A stretch of 64,000 nucleotides of DNA from Octopus bimaculoides (lineage: Eukaryota): contig NC_068998.1 in NCBI RefSeq assembly GCF_001194135.2, forward strand, positions 18,666,266-18,730,265, in the 5' to 3' direction. Both the position numbers and the translations under genes were made by a program. Of this stretch, positions 24,918-37,642 are shown piece after piece. The number at the start of each line of letters is the position of its first letter. The stretch's first letter is position 1. The notes beneath the pieces are model-generated. The model made no database searches, was not told the DNA's origin, and saw only the letters and a list, made by a program, of their open reading frames with translations.

Positions 24918-25284
24918 TGTTGGCACTCCGTCGCTTACAACGTCGAGGGTTCCAGTTGATCCGATCAATGGAACAGCCTGCTCGTGAAATTAACGTGCAA
25001 GTGGCTGAGCACTCCACAGACACGTGTACCCTTAACGTAGTTCTCGGGGATATTCAGTGTAACACAGTGTGACAAGGCTGACCCTTTGAATTACAGGCAC
25101 AACAGAAACAGGAAGTAAGAGTGAGATAAAAGTTGTGGTGAAAGAATACAGCAGGGTTCGCCACCATCCCCTGCTGGAGCCTCGTGGAGCTTTAGGTGTT
25201 TTCGCTCAATAAACACTCACAATGCCCGGTCTGGGAATCGAAACCGTGAGTCCGCTGCCCTAACCACTGGGCCATTGCGCCTCC
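24918..25284 (-). mobile_element. tRNA-derived SINE, family A
   Basis: Reverse complement of 19941-20316 with a short head deletion. Confidence 0.9.
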
Positions 25285-25349
25285 AGAGAGTTAAACGACT
25301 ATAGAGGAGTCAAACTACTAGATCAAATTATGAAAATCACTTAGATTAT

Positions 25350-25590
25350 CATAACACAATTGATCTGTGACAGAGTAGACCTAGATGAGATGAAGTTTGG
25401 CTTTGTTCTGGGACAAGGCACCAGAGATGCAGTTTTTTCCTTGGGAGGCAACTGCAGGATAAATATTGGGTTAAAAATAAACCACTATCCCAGACTGCCA
25501 CTGATCTGGAGAGTGTTTAATAGACTACCATACTTAATAATTTGATGGTTATTGAGGAAACTAAGTGTAGCTGAATGGCTTGTCAAATGT
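25350..25590 (+). mobile_element. RTE-clade LINE RT N-terminal fragment
   Basis: LDEMKFGFVLGQGTRDAVFSL(fs)QLQDKYWVKNKPL...LRKLSVAEWLV. Confidence 0.75.
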
Positions 25591-26188
25591 CTTGTACTAT
25601 AGCCCTTGACCAGCCAAAGCCTCATAAATGGATTTAGGAAATAGAAACCTGAAAGAAACCTATTATATGTTGTGTGTGTGGATTTGTTTTTGTATCTCCT
25701 TATCTTGACATCACATACTGTTTCAAAATGAGTGTCACCATAATACAAATAGTGTCCCTCATTTCCAATCTTCCATGAAAACATTTACAGCCATGGGAAA
25801 ATGTTAACTTTCTTGTAAGGGTTGGTGACGGGAAGAGCATTCAGACATAGAAAATATATCTCAACAAATTGTATCTGACCCATCCAAGCATGGAAAAATG
25901 AATTTTATGGAGATGCTGGTGATGGTGGTGCTCCTGTTGCTGATATGTATGTGTGTGTGTGTGTGTTAAAAGCACCCAGCACACTGTAAAATGGTTAGCA
26001 TTAGGAAGAGCATCCAGCTGTAGAAACCATGCCAAATCAGATTGGGACCTGATGCAGCTTCCAAGCTTGCCAGCTCTGGTCAAACCATTCAACCTATGCT
26101 AGCATGGAAAATGAACATTAAAGGGGGATGATTATGATGATGATGATGATATATAGAGAGATATGTTTTATTTTTTTTATTTTTTAAG

Positions 26189-26441
26189 GTGATGGATTTT
26201 TCAATACATTTGAGTATTATCACACTTGTAAAGATGATCTAAGATGGTGCACTGTGAGTGATGCAGAAATGAAGAAATGTTCAGATTTGAAATTGGCTTT
26301 TGCTGCAAAACGTGCAACCAATAAACTGAAATGTGTGAAGGGTGCAGATGCTCATGACTGTGTTAGAAAAGTAACAGACAAGCATGCTGATTTTGTTGTT
26401 TTAGATGGTGGGATTATTGTAGATGCACTTAAAGATGACAT
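26189..26441 (+). CDS. MELTF: Melanotransferrin-like exon 6 (inter-lobe linker and C-lobe start LRWCTVSDAEMKKC...ADFVVLDGG)
   Basis: Canonical RWC...E..KC and ADxxxLDGG motifs; AAG/GTAAGT; phases 1 to 2. Confidence 0.95.
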
Positions 26442-27037
26442 GTAAGTCTTTACTTCTTTTCATTTACATAGATTTTTTTTATTTTGTTCATAGTTTATTC
26501 ACTACAAATGTGTTCATTGTCTATAATAAATTTCAAAACTAAAATCAATGACTTTTCAATACTTTTTCAATCCTTAAGCTAGTTAATGGGAGGCATTGAC
26601 TCACCCAGCTGCTCTTGCCCGCTCAAGTAATCATGTATCGGTCATATTCTACACTGTCAACGTATGAATTATTGATTATTTTTCTCCTTATTAATAATTA
26701 TTGATTATGTTTCTTTTAGAATCTTGCTGGTGTTGTGTAAAAGCACCCAGTACACCTTGTAAAGTGGTTTTGCATTAGGAAGGGCATCAAGCCATAGAAA
26801 CCATGCCAAAACAGACATGGAGCCTGGGCAGCTCTTCAGCTGGCCAACTTCTGTCAAACCATCCAACCCATGCCAGCATTGAAAAAGGATGTTAAATGAT
26901 GATGATGATGATGATCCTTCAGGAGCAATGAAATAGCATAGGTTGCAGATCACTGGAATAAATTGTTTTACTCATGTACATTCTGAGTTGAAATTTTGCT
27001 GAAATTTGTTTTTTTGCTGGTTATTTGAGATTGTAAC

Positions 27038-28158
27038 CTAGAAAAACATGTAAAAGTCAGTGGCCACAAAAACGGCCTTGGCAAGATCATGCTGGCATGT
27101 CAAAAAAATATGTAACTAAGATGTAGGGAAAAGTAGATTAATTAAGTTAAAACTATGGAACATCGATAGCAAAGCATGATAACAACATATAAATGCAGAG
27201 ACATCAGAGACATCAAACATTTATAACATATAGCAAAAGCAACTTCAGAGGCATACGTGTTATTGTCAAAAGAACAAAAATAGCATACAGATATAGCAAA
27301 TGTAAGCACTTGTACAAAAAAATCAGCGATTACTTGTTGGTAGACAGGGCACCTACAAAACTTCCTTATAGACTATATTTTGGGTTTTCTTGCAAGTTGC
27401 AAAAGAAAATAGATTATGTCAGCTCCCCACTCGAGAGCAGTCAACATACAGCTGACCATGGGAGAAGCAGGGTTCTTCTATATTAAGTCCTACAACCATC
27501 AGCGTCTGACCTTGTGATTTGTTAATCGACATGGCAAAACTGAGCCAGAGAGAGAATTGCAGCCTTCTGAATGTGAAAGGAATGTCTTTACCAGATGGAA
27601 TGAGAGGTATCCTTGGTATGAAGACAGTATCCCCCTTACCACATTTTGTAAGTATTGTTGCCAAAATAACATGAGGCATTGCCTTTTGGACAACCAGATG
27701 CATGCCGTTGCAAAGCCTGGGGGGTTCCAAATTCCTGAGGAGCATGACAGGGGCACCTTTCATAAGTTGCATTAAGTTTTGTTGCATTGAAGATATCCAC
27801 TTCAACATTCATCAAAATCGGTTTATTCGTCCTCCCCCACCAAGGGGTCCCCTGCCTGAATTTCTGTGAAAGTGCATGCCTGCAACTATATTTGTAGGCC
27901 ATAAGCAAGCAAAAGATTAATTTTGGGGAAGATGGGAGGCAGAATGCTGGAATTATGGGGCCAAGAGAGAAGCGTAAGAGGGTTATCTTCCCTGGGGTGA
28001 GGTGGGGGGACACAATCGATGTACGGAAAAATAAAATAGCCTATGATGCATAATAGGACTTCAGAAACCTATGTATGAAATTTGGTGCAAATCAGTTGTA
28101 AAATGTAGAAATGCATGCAGCTGCACATACAAACAGACATCTGTATTATATATATAAA
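27038..28158 (-). mobile_element. Non-autonomous Helitron with a PIF1-like helicase C-terminal remnant (ORF 27419-27808), in transferrin intron 6
   Basis: MLLRNLEPPRLCNG...PRIPLIP...RLQF...SINKSQGQTL...FSHGQLYV..SRV. Helitron-type 5' (TA)n/GTCTGT region near 28158; GGCC hairpin and CTAG at 27038. Confidence 0.85.
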
Positions 28159-29423
28159 TGTCCTTTCTCTCACTAACACATCTGTTTTTAAAAGTAATGA
28201 ATTTTTTTAATCGAAGTCATCTTCAAAAAGCACACAAATACAGGGTGGCTTGTTGAGAGAGAAAGCCAATGAATACCAGGGTTTTTTTTTTTTCACTCAA
28301 CACTTTTATGCAAAGATATGGAATATAAACACAAACACACAAGCACAATCCTATGCTGCATTTCCATTGCTAGTTATGCTTTAACACTTTAGCATTTAAA
28401 CTGGTCGTATCCAGCCCAAATATTCTACCTATTTTATGTTTAAATGAGCCTTATCTTACCTCTCGCACTTATTATATACAATCATTCTAATAATAAACTA
28501 TCACATCGTTGAAATTTTGAAGCTGTGAGATAATCCATGGTTAATTCAAAACAATGTCAATAAATAAACATTACATTTCACTGAATAATCTTTAGCAGAA
28601 ATAAATGTTGGTTTCAAATTTTGGCACAAGGTCAACAATTTCAGGGGAGGAGTAAGTCAATTACATCAACCCCTGTGTTCAACTGGTCCTTTTTACCAAC
28701 CCCAAAAGGATGAAAGGCAAAGTTGACCTCAGCAGAATTTGGACTCGGAATGTATAGACTAATGAAATGGCTTTTTGCCTGGCATGCTAACGATTCTACC
28801 GGCTTGCTGCCTCTAAGCAGAAGTAGATATTAGGCAGAGTTTTTACAACCAGATGTCATTAGCCCTTGTTTTATAAGTATGGAGCTTTTATTCTAGAAGT
28901 ATTTCAAGAACACAGAGGCAGCAAACAATTTTGTAGGCAGGAATTGTCAATAGATTTAACCAGTTGCAATGCAATCACAAATGCTGATGCCATCCTCTTT
29001 ACTTGCTGTTCAGCATAATTTTGTAAACATTTGCACACACATGACAGGCTTCTTTCAGCTTTCATCTACCAAATTCTCTGCCTCAAGGCATTAGTTGACC
29101 TGGAACAATAGAAGTCACTTGCCCAAGGTGTTGCCATGCAATGGGGCTGATTTCAAAACCATGTGGGCGACAACTAAACTTCCTAAACTTCTCAACCTTA
29201 CCAACCGTACCTGCACCTACTTTATATGTAGATAACCAGAAACAGAATACATTTTATCATATTTATTAACTGAAAATGATTCTAAAGAAATATTCTAATA
29301 CTCCTGCCATTTGTTCTCATAACAACTTTCAGCTAAAAAACACCTGTGCTAAATGCAGATGGCAGGTACAAACAATTTATTATTGTTATTATTATTATTG
29401 TTATATTTCTATTTCTTCTTTAG

Positions 29424-29545
29424 ATGTGACGTTAAACCTGTAATATCTGAAACTCATATAACAGACGAGGGTGCTGAGGAAGCCTCCTACTATGCTGTGG
29501 CTGTAGTAAAGAAAGGCTCCACGTTGGCGTTTCCTAAGTTGAAAG
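29424..29545 (+). CDS. MELTF: Melanotransferrin-like exon 7 (CDVKPVISE...SYYAVAVVKKGS)
   Basis: YYAVAVVKK motif; TAG acceptor, GTTTGT donor; phases 2 to 1. Confidence 0.93.
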
Positions 29546-31788
29546 GTTTGTCATACCATTTATATTTGAAATGGACCTCTTGCTTTTCTATTTATTTCTG
29601 GTTTATTCGCATGCATTGCTGTGTGGTTAAGTTCACTTTGCCACCACATTTTCCCAGGTTTGTCAGCACTGCACAATGTCTTGGGCATCTTCTACTATGT
29701 GTTCAAACTGAGCTGTGCCTTGTGAGTGGAAACTGGTAGATGTAAACTAGATAAAAGCCTGTTGTATATATGTATGAATGTCTTGAGTATGACATTAAAC
29801 TGCATCTGGTGGCAAGGCTCAAGTCTGGGACTTCTGGAATTGTGGGGGTGTATGTGGTCAGCCCTTAATTATCATTACTCTCAGGTCTATTCTGACCTGT
29901 CAGGGTCCCATCTATGAGTTAAATAGATTTTTGTAAGGGTAGATCAAGCTCCTTAGCCTTGGTGAAAGCAATCAATCCTGGAGAAGGAAAACTCCTAAAT
30001 TAATACCCTAAGCCAGCACAGAAGAGTATAGTTGATGAAATTAGCGTGCGATATGTCCAATAACAGATTCATACTGTAGAGGCAACTATCTCATGGTGAT
30101 GACCTGTAGAGACAGGTCATCAACATTATGTAAGTGTATTTCATTATGCAGCCATAATATACTACAAATTATATTAAGCATATTTGTAAGTCAATACTGT
30201 GTTCTACTGTCTTAATCTGACAATTCTGCCTATTATGTAGTTAGAATGAGAAACTGTAACTAAAGATTAAGATTATTAACCCCAAACTTGGACGGTGTTA
30301 AGTAGTGGAGATGTTTGGTGATTATTGTATGTGGTGGTTACTTTTGACTGTTTCTTCCCAATAAGGATAATTGATTGATAATGAATCTTAACACAATATA
30401 TATTCAACTTCAAGTGGAATCAGACATCATAAGAGAGATGGAGAGAGGAAAAGAAGGATGTGTTTTTTTACTCTGTTTTCTGTCTTTTCTCTTTTCAAAA
30501 AAGATGTTTTTCCCAGCGTTCACTATATTCCTCACATTCTGGTCTAACGACCCTCCATGTTTGTTTTTGCTTGGTTTCTTTGTATGTCTCTACTGTCATG
30601 TTTTTGTTTCCGACTTTGACCCTCCATAAATCCTATGGAGGCTCATATTGTTGTTGAATACTTGAAATGAAGAGTAGATAGACAGCCAACAACTGATGAA
30701 GGGTCTTTTCTTTGTGTTTACTTGTCCTGTTTTTCCTTTTTTTTTTTCTCGTTTACGTATTTAACTCATTTACTTGTGTATTTCATGTTATTTTGCGCCA
30801 TTGGTGATGTCCAATACCAAAATATGCATATGTATATTTATATATATATATATATATATATACAATTTATTACTTATTTAATTGTATGTAACGCATCCAT
30901 TTCCAAGTAAGTTTATCTTCACCTTATTGATGCAAGCATGGAATGGTGGATATTAAATGAATGATAATGATAATATGAGCAATATCAGATACTCCATTGT
31001 CTTTCCTTCTTTAAGCTGGTAAGAGAATGGTTCCTAATCTAAGGTCCAAGCACCCTTGGAAATTCATGAGTTATGTTCAAAATCTGAAATGAATACAGTA
31101 TAAAATATCTAATTATTAAGTTATGGAATTGGAATAGTATATTTGTTGTTAGTTTATAAAATCGTGTCATTTCAAAAACCCAAGTGTCCTATGGGTAAAA
31201 TTGTTTAATTGAAAGAGTTTTTTGGTTGGAAAAAGGTTAGTAACTACTCTAGTAAGATGTCATTTGGGGGAGAATTGGTTGCTATTGCAAGTATGTTGAA
31301 TAATTCCATAGAAGATCCTTATTTGGATGTACTTCCTCAAACAGTAATACTACTGTGTAATTGATGAATGTTTTGCTGTACTTGAATTGAGTTGAAATCC
31401 TATCATTGATACAGCTTTGAGAGCAATGAGCTAGCTTGTCTTAGATACACCACTACAAAAAGAAAGTATAAACCTTAATGATGTGCCTATGTGAACCAGT
31501 GCATTGTGGGAGTCAGAATTCAGGCTGTTCAAATGTTTACTTACATGTGAATTGATAGATCTGTTTGTTCTTATTGGTTGTCTTGAAAACATTTGAATTT
31601 AAAAAAACAAATTTATTTTTGTTACATTTGGTCATTTTAATTATTCATTACTGTTAGAAATAGTATTCATTTTCAGTAAATCAATTCAGTGTGTGTTAGC
31701 ATATTCGTTATTTTGACCAATGTTATTTTAAATTTTTTTAGTTTTATTTTAAAATAAATTTTCCCTCCCACCTCTTTCTCTCATTTAG

Positions 31789-32552
31789 ATGCCAAATCAT
31801 GTCACACTGGATATGGTAAAACATCAGGATGGAAGGTGCCAGTTGGTTTGTTAATTGAAAAGGGTGAGATTAAAAATGATAGTATTGCTCACAATGTTGG
31901 AAAATATTTCTCTCAAAGTTGCGTTCCTGGAGCTTTAGACAAGAAAAATAATCCAAATGATGATAACCCTGCATCTTTGTGTGCACTTTGCCCAAATAAT
32001 GGTAAGGAATGTTCTGCAAGCAAGGACAACAAATACTATGGCTATACAGGTGCTTTCCGATGTCTAGTTGAGAATAATGGTGAGGTGGCATTCGTGAAAC
32101 ACACAACAGTTTTGGAAAGCACTGATGGTAATGGAAAAGAAGGATGGGAAAAGAATCTAAAATCAGAAAATTACGAACTTTTATGTAACGATGGCTCACA
32201 TGAATCAGTTCAAAACTGGCTCAAATGTCATCTTGCCAAAGTTCCTGCACATGCAATGGTTTTCAATGACGACGAAGTGGCAAAGCGTATGTACAGTGTA
32301 TTCAGTTACATGGATTTGACATCCAGTGAAACCAAGGATCTTCTATTCACATCCAGTGGTGGTAAAAATCTTCTTTTCAAGGATAGTGCAATTGGGCTTT
32401 CATATATTGCTGAGCCAAAGAAATTCATACCTCATACATACAAAAACATTCTTAAAACCTTCAGTAAGCCTGAAAAAATATGTTCTGCTGCTTCTTCTAC
32501 TCTCTATAATGCATGCATTTTGTTACTCCTCACCTTCATAGCTTTCTTCTAA
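31789..32552 (+). CDS. MELTF: Melanotransferrin-like exon 8 (rest of C-lobe plus GPI-anchor signal CSAASSTLYNACILLLLTFIAFF*)
   Basis: SCHTGYGKTSGW, SCVPGA, YYGYTGAFRCL, GEVAFVKH, CHLAKVPAHA, NLLFKDS. Small-residue omega region followed by a hydrophobic tail with no cytoplasmic domain. Whole CDS sums to 2070 nt. Confidence 0.96.
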
Positions 32553-32604
32553 AACAAATTTTCTAATCCTTTCTCCCCACTGTCAGTGTGTATGCACGTG
32601 TGTG

Positions 32605-32665
<61 letters not shown>

Positions 32666-32837
32666 TCTTTTGCTAATAATTTCATCTCAGATATTAGTTT
32701 GTTTTTGTTCTTCTCAATCTTTTCTCTCTTCTGCTGTACCATTCTCTGCCAAGCTTGTTCTACCACTATTTTAAACATTCAAATTATTTTTCTACATTTG
32801 TAATATTTCATAATGTTTATAAAATTACAAAATTTGT

Positions 32838-32843
32838 AATAAA
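32838..32843 (+). terminator. Candidate polyadenylation signal AATAAA of the transferrin-like gene
   Basis: About 290 nt after the stop codon, with T-rich sequence downstream. Confidence 0.55.
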
Positions 32844-33432
32844 AAAAAAACATTTCTACAAAACCTATTGTAGTCCTTGTATATATCTTTTACTTTTTAC
32901 TCAATTGTTACGCAGCAGCCATGCTGGGACACCACCTTGAAATTTTCTTTTTTTTAAGCCTGGTATTTATTTTGTCGGGTCTCTTTTATTGAACCACAAA
33001 GTTACAGCGATGTAAACAAACCAACACCAGTTATCAAGCAGTGATGGGGAACAAACACATACAAAGACACGCATACACATGGTAAGCTAAGGGAACTGAA
33101 TAGTAAATATGTGTGATACAGTGGATCTTCGTACTAAAAACTGCAGTTCTTCTGTCTTATAGATTTAGCTTACTCATCTGCTGAGTGTGTGTTAGTAGTG
33201 TTCTACTACAAGCAGCTGCCCTGTTGTGAGTTTCAGTTCTAAGAAATTACACAACTTCTGTGTTTGTTACTATTAGCAATTATACAGCTACTGTGTTTTT
33301 TTAAGTTCTGTGCATTAGTGAAGTTGTTGTGTGTGTTAGTGTTAGCAAATATACAGATGCTCTGTGTTTGTATTAAGCAACCATGTAGATGCTATGTGTT
33401 AGTTTTAAGTAACTTGTATATATTAATACAGG

Positions 33433-33707
33433 TGGAGACGCAATGGGCCAGTGGTTAGGGCAGCGGACTCGCGGTCATAGGATTGTGGTTTCGATTCCCA
33501 GACCGGGCGTTGTGAGTGTTTATTGAGTGAAAACACCTAAAGCTCCACGAGGCTCCGGCAGGGGATGGTGGCGAACCCTGCTGTACTCTTTCACCACAAC
33601 TTTCTCTCACTCTTACTTCCTGTTTCTGTTGTGCTTGTAATTCAAAGGTTAAGCCTTGTCACACTGTGTCACGCTGAATATCGCCGAGAACTACGTTAAG
33701 GGTACAC
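33433..33707 (+). mobile_element. tRNA-derived SINE, family A, truncated by a gap (head-only copy at 35421-35489)
   Basis: Same A/B boxes and body as the other copies. Confidence 0.85.
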
Positions 33708-35283
33708 NNNNNNNNNNNNNNNNNNNNNNNNNNNNNNNNNNNNNNNNNNNNNNNNNNNNNNNNNNNNNNNNNNNNNNNNNNNNNNNNNNNNNNNNNNNNN
33801 NNNNNNNNNNNNNNNNNNNNNNNNNNNNNNNNNNNNNNNNNNNNNNNNNNNNNNNNNNNNNNNNNNNNNNNNNNNNNNNNNNNNNNNNNNNNNNNNNNNN
33901 NNNNNNNNNNNNNNNNNNNNNNNNNNNNNNNNNNNNNNNNNNNNNNNNNNNNNNNNNNNNNNNNNNNNNNNNNNNNNNNNNNNNNNNNNNNNNNNNNNNN
34001 NNNNNNNNNNNNNNNNNNNNNNNNNNNNNNNNNNNNNNNNNNNNNNNNNNNNNNNNNNNNNNNNNNNNNNNNNNNNNNNNNNNNNNNNNNNNNNNNNNNN
34101 NNNNNNNNNNNNNNNNNNNNNNNNNNNNNNNNNNNNNNNNNNNNNNNNNNNNNNNNNNNNNNNNNNNNNNNNNNNNNNNNNNNNNNNNNNNNNNNNNNNN
34201 NNNNNNNNNNNNNNNNNNNNNNNNNNNNNNNNNNNNNNNNNNNNNNNNNNNNNNNNNNNNNNNNNNNNNNNNNNNNNNNNNNNNNNNNNNNNNNNNNNNN
34301 NNNNNNNNNNNNNNNNNNNNNNNNNNNNNNNNNNNNNNNNNNNNNNNNNNNNNNNNNNNNNNNNNNNNNNNNNNNNNNNNNNNNNNNNNNNNNNNNNNNN
34401 NNNNNNNNNNNNNNNNNNNNNNNNNNNNNNNNNNNNNNNNNNNNNNNNNNNNNNNNNNNNNNNNNNNNNNNNNNNNNNNNNNNNNNNNNNNNNNNNNNNN
34501 NNNNNNNNNNNNNNNNNNNNNNNNNNNNNNNNNNNNNNNNNNNNNNNNNNNNNNNNNNNNNNNNNNNNNNNNNNNNNNNNNNNNNNNNNNNNNNNNNNNN
34601 NNNNNNNNNNNNNNNNNNNNNNNNNNNNNNNNNNNNNNNNNNNNNNNNNNNNNTTCTACAGCTGGATGCCCTTCCTAACGCCAACCACTCCGAGAGTGTA
34701 GTGGGTGCTTTTATGTGCCACCGGCACGAAGGCAAGTCAGGCGGTACTGGCAATGGCCACGCTCAAAATGGTGTCTTTTACGTGCCACCTGCACGGGAGC
34801 CAGTCCAGCGGCACTGGCAAACATTCTCGCTCGAATGTCCTTACACATGCCACCAGCACAAGTGCCAGGGCACCGGTGCCAATGAATTCATAAATTGTCT
34901 CCAGTGGAATTTTTACTCAGGTTGTACAAATGTTGAACAAAATGTTGTTCATAGGGCCCAGGTTAAACTGAATGAGATGCTGTTGATTCCTTTCCTTTTG
35001 CTGGCAAATTGTAAAGTCATTCTATTTATTGACTGTGACAAGAGGAATCCTAATGTTTTGTGCAATCTTACACTAGCAAATTTCACCCTCACACCAACCA
35101 ACAATATGCCCACTTTGAAAATCATATGACTCGTTTGCTTTTGGTATTCACAGCATGGATAGTTACTATAAACAACTAATGAAATGAAAAATAATACATT
35201 AACAAGTCTGAAGCACTAGGCAGTGCCTGTACTGAGCAAATGGTATGAGTGAGGTCTTTTTACTTTTTAGATGTGTGTGTGTA

Positions 35284-35318
<35 letters not shown>

Positions 35319-36507
35319 TATCTTCCTGGCTTTAAGGGTGTCACGAAAGTCACCTTTCCATACTTGCATGGATGAGCTGTAATTTTTGAGGCAAATTTTC
35401 TGTGGCTATTTCCTGTCAGTGGAGGCACAATGGCCCAGTGGTTAGGGCAGCGGACTCGCGGTCATAGGATTGTGGTTTCGATTCCCAGTATATATATATA
35501 TATAGAGCACTTAATATTAGCTCAATAAAATATTCCTTTTGAATATTCTTTATAAAATTTATATATATATATATATATATCATATGAATGAATTAAAAGC
35601 AGTATGTACAGAATATTCTTTTGATTATTTCTTGTAAGTACATATTTTTTACAAATAACCTGATGAAAAACATTTTTGTTTCATGATAAGTAAAATTAAG
35701 AATTTTTGATTTGTTTTTTTTTTTTNNNNNNNNNNNNNNNNNNNNNNNNNNNNNNNNNNNNNNGTTCTATCACATTTGAAGATGTAAATGAGATCCTTTG
35801 TCATTTGGGTTAACTGATGACTGTTCATATTTACTTGTCACTTGTCACTGATTCTGTTTTCCTTTTGAGGACATTTACTATTCAAAAGCTCTGTCCACCT
35901 AGGTAAGCAGTTCCTTAATTCAGGATAATTAGTCCAGCCAGGATAAAACTGCATTTGATTGGAGAAGTATATCAGTGGCACAGTAAGAGGAGTCGGCAGT
36001 CTCATTTCCTCACTCTTTGATGTGTGGTGAATCATTACATTTCACAAAAGGGAGCAAGTCTTATGCAAAATACAAAAAAGAAAAGAAGAAAAAAACACTA
36101 GTCTACTCCAATTCTTTGATCTAAGTTGTTACCCAAGTATGGGTTTTGTTACCCATGTTGTTTCCCAATATGGGTTTTGTTGCATTCACAACTAAGAAAA
36201 CTCTTTCATTTACTGGTGAGCATTGTGCATCACCACCAAGATGTCATAGCCAAAACTATTTTTTACTTGTTTAAAGATGTCATAACTGGTGTACAGTTTT
36301 TCTATGTAAGTGGAAGCTAAATTTGTCTTAACATGTGGTTGCTTAGTGGCTACCTGCAGCTGTTAATTCTCAAAGAAGCAGAAATCTAAGTTCAGTAATT
36401 CCACTGTTGCTGCAGGATACTTTTTGCTAGCTATCGATCTTCTGTGCTTTTTGGTACTATACGTCTATAGGAGATGCTGCCTTGAGATGTACCCACATCA
36501 AATAAAA

Positions 36508-36771
36508 TCTTACTATAATGGGTGTTATGTCCATCTGTCTGTCTGTTCCTTCTTTACAGTCAAACGGATGGATCAATGGTGATGATGTTTTTCGAAAGAG
36601 GTAATCAGGATATTGAGTTTTGTATTTATAAATCACCTTTGATTTTTTTTGTTAAAATTCCAGCAACAAGAATTAACTCTGGATTTCACTCCTGTATAGT
36701 TTGTAAATTTAGAGGGTTTAGATTTTCAATACTATCCCTTTATTTCCCATCGAAGTTGGGCAGATTTGCTA
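36508..36771 (+). mobile_element. Short non-autonomous Helitron unit (264 bp)
   Basis: A|TCTTACTATAATGGGTGTTAT start; CCCA-TCGAAGT-TGGG hairpin then GCTA end. Confidence 0.6.
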
Positions 36772-37642
36772 TCTTACTATAATGGGTGTTATATCCATTT
36801 CTTTGTCTGTTCCTTCTTCATGGCCAAATGGTTACAATATTTTTCGGGATTACAAAGACGGTCATCAGGAAGGTTTTTAGCATTAAAAAATCAGAAAGTA
36901 TTATTATTTTGTGGATATTGATTTCTGAATTGATAAACCACCTCTGCATTTTTATTAAAAATTCACACACCACAAGTAAATCTGGATTTTTATTGTATAG
37001 TTCATGGCCCCATTGTAGATACAAAGGGGTTGTGTGGATGGTTAATAGCGAAAATAAAATGGAAAAAGTGTGTGTCAGTATATAGTGTGTGTGATTATTT
37101 AGGTATGTTAGTCTCGAGCAGGATTCAAAACGGCTAATTGAAGCGGCTGTTGTTTACATCTCAGTTTTGCCAATCAAAATAACCCATGGTACTAGAACAT
37201 CCAGACATTATTCACATAGAACAGTGAGAGGTAAGTCTTAGTTTGATTTTTTTTGTAACCCTAAAGGTTCCGCTCATACGTTCACAGCAAACAAGGCACA
37301 GGATCAGACTTTAGATTGTGCAGGTGTATTTTTACCTACTCCAATGTTCACACATGGCCATAGTTATACGTCGCTATGAGTAGAGCAACGGGCTCCAGTA
37401 ATTTGAAAATTAGTGTCAACCAAACAGAAAATATCATCTACAAAGAAGTTTTGTAATCATATTGATATTATCAAAAGGAATAGGATTCATAATTTAAATA
37501 AGGAAATTTGAGAACTTTGAATGTATAAGAGTATAAACAAGCAAAAAATAGTGTAAACAACTAAAATTAAAGTATATCTAAATAACATTTTTTTCTTAAT
37601 ACATTTTATGTAGTGGTCGGAGGAAGCTCTGGCTTTTGTTAG
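36772..37642 (+). mobile_element. Second Helitron unit with a helicase C-terminal remnant (37272-37456)
   Basis: Same TCTTACTATAATGGGTGTTAT start; TANKAQDQTL...MFTHG(fs)LYVAMSRA...ENIIYKEVL*; hairpin 37616-37633 then GTTAG. Confidence 0.8.

Noticed and set aside
30615-30710. Hairpin CCTCCATA/TATGGAGG and a nearby CTGATGAAGG as another hammerhead (similar motif at 16325-16375)
   Set aside because: No correctly placed GAAA/NUH or stem I on either strand.
32580-32600. Iron-responsive element (CAGTGT) in the transferrin 3' UTR
   Set aside because: Flanks ACTGT/GTATG cannot form the 5-bp upper stem with a C bulge; no IRE seen in the short 5' UTR either.
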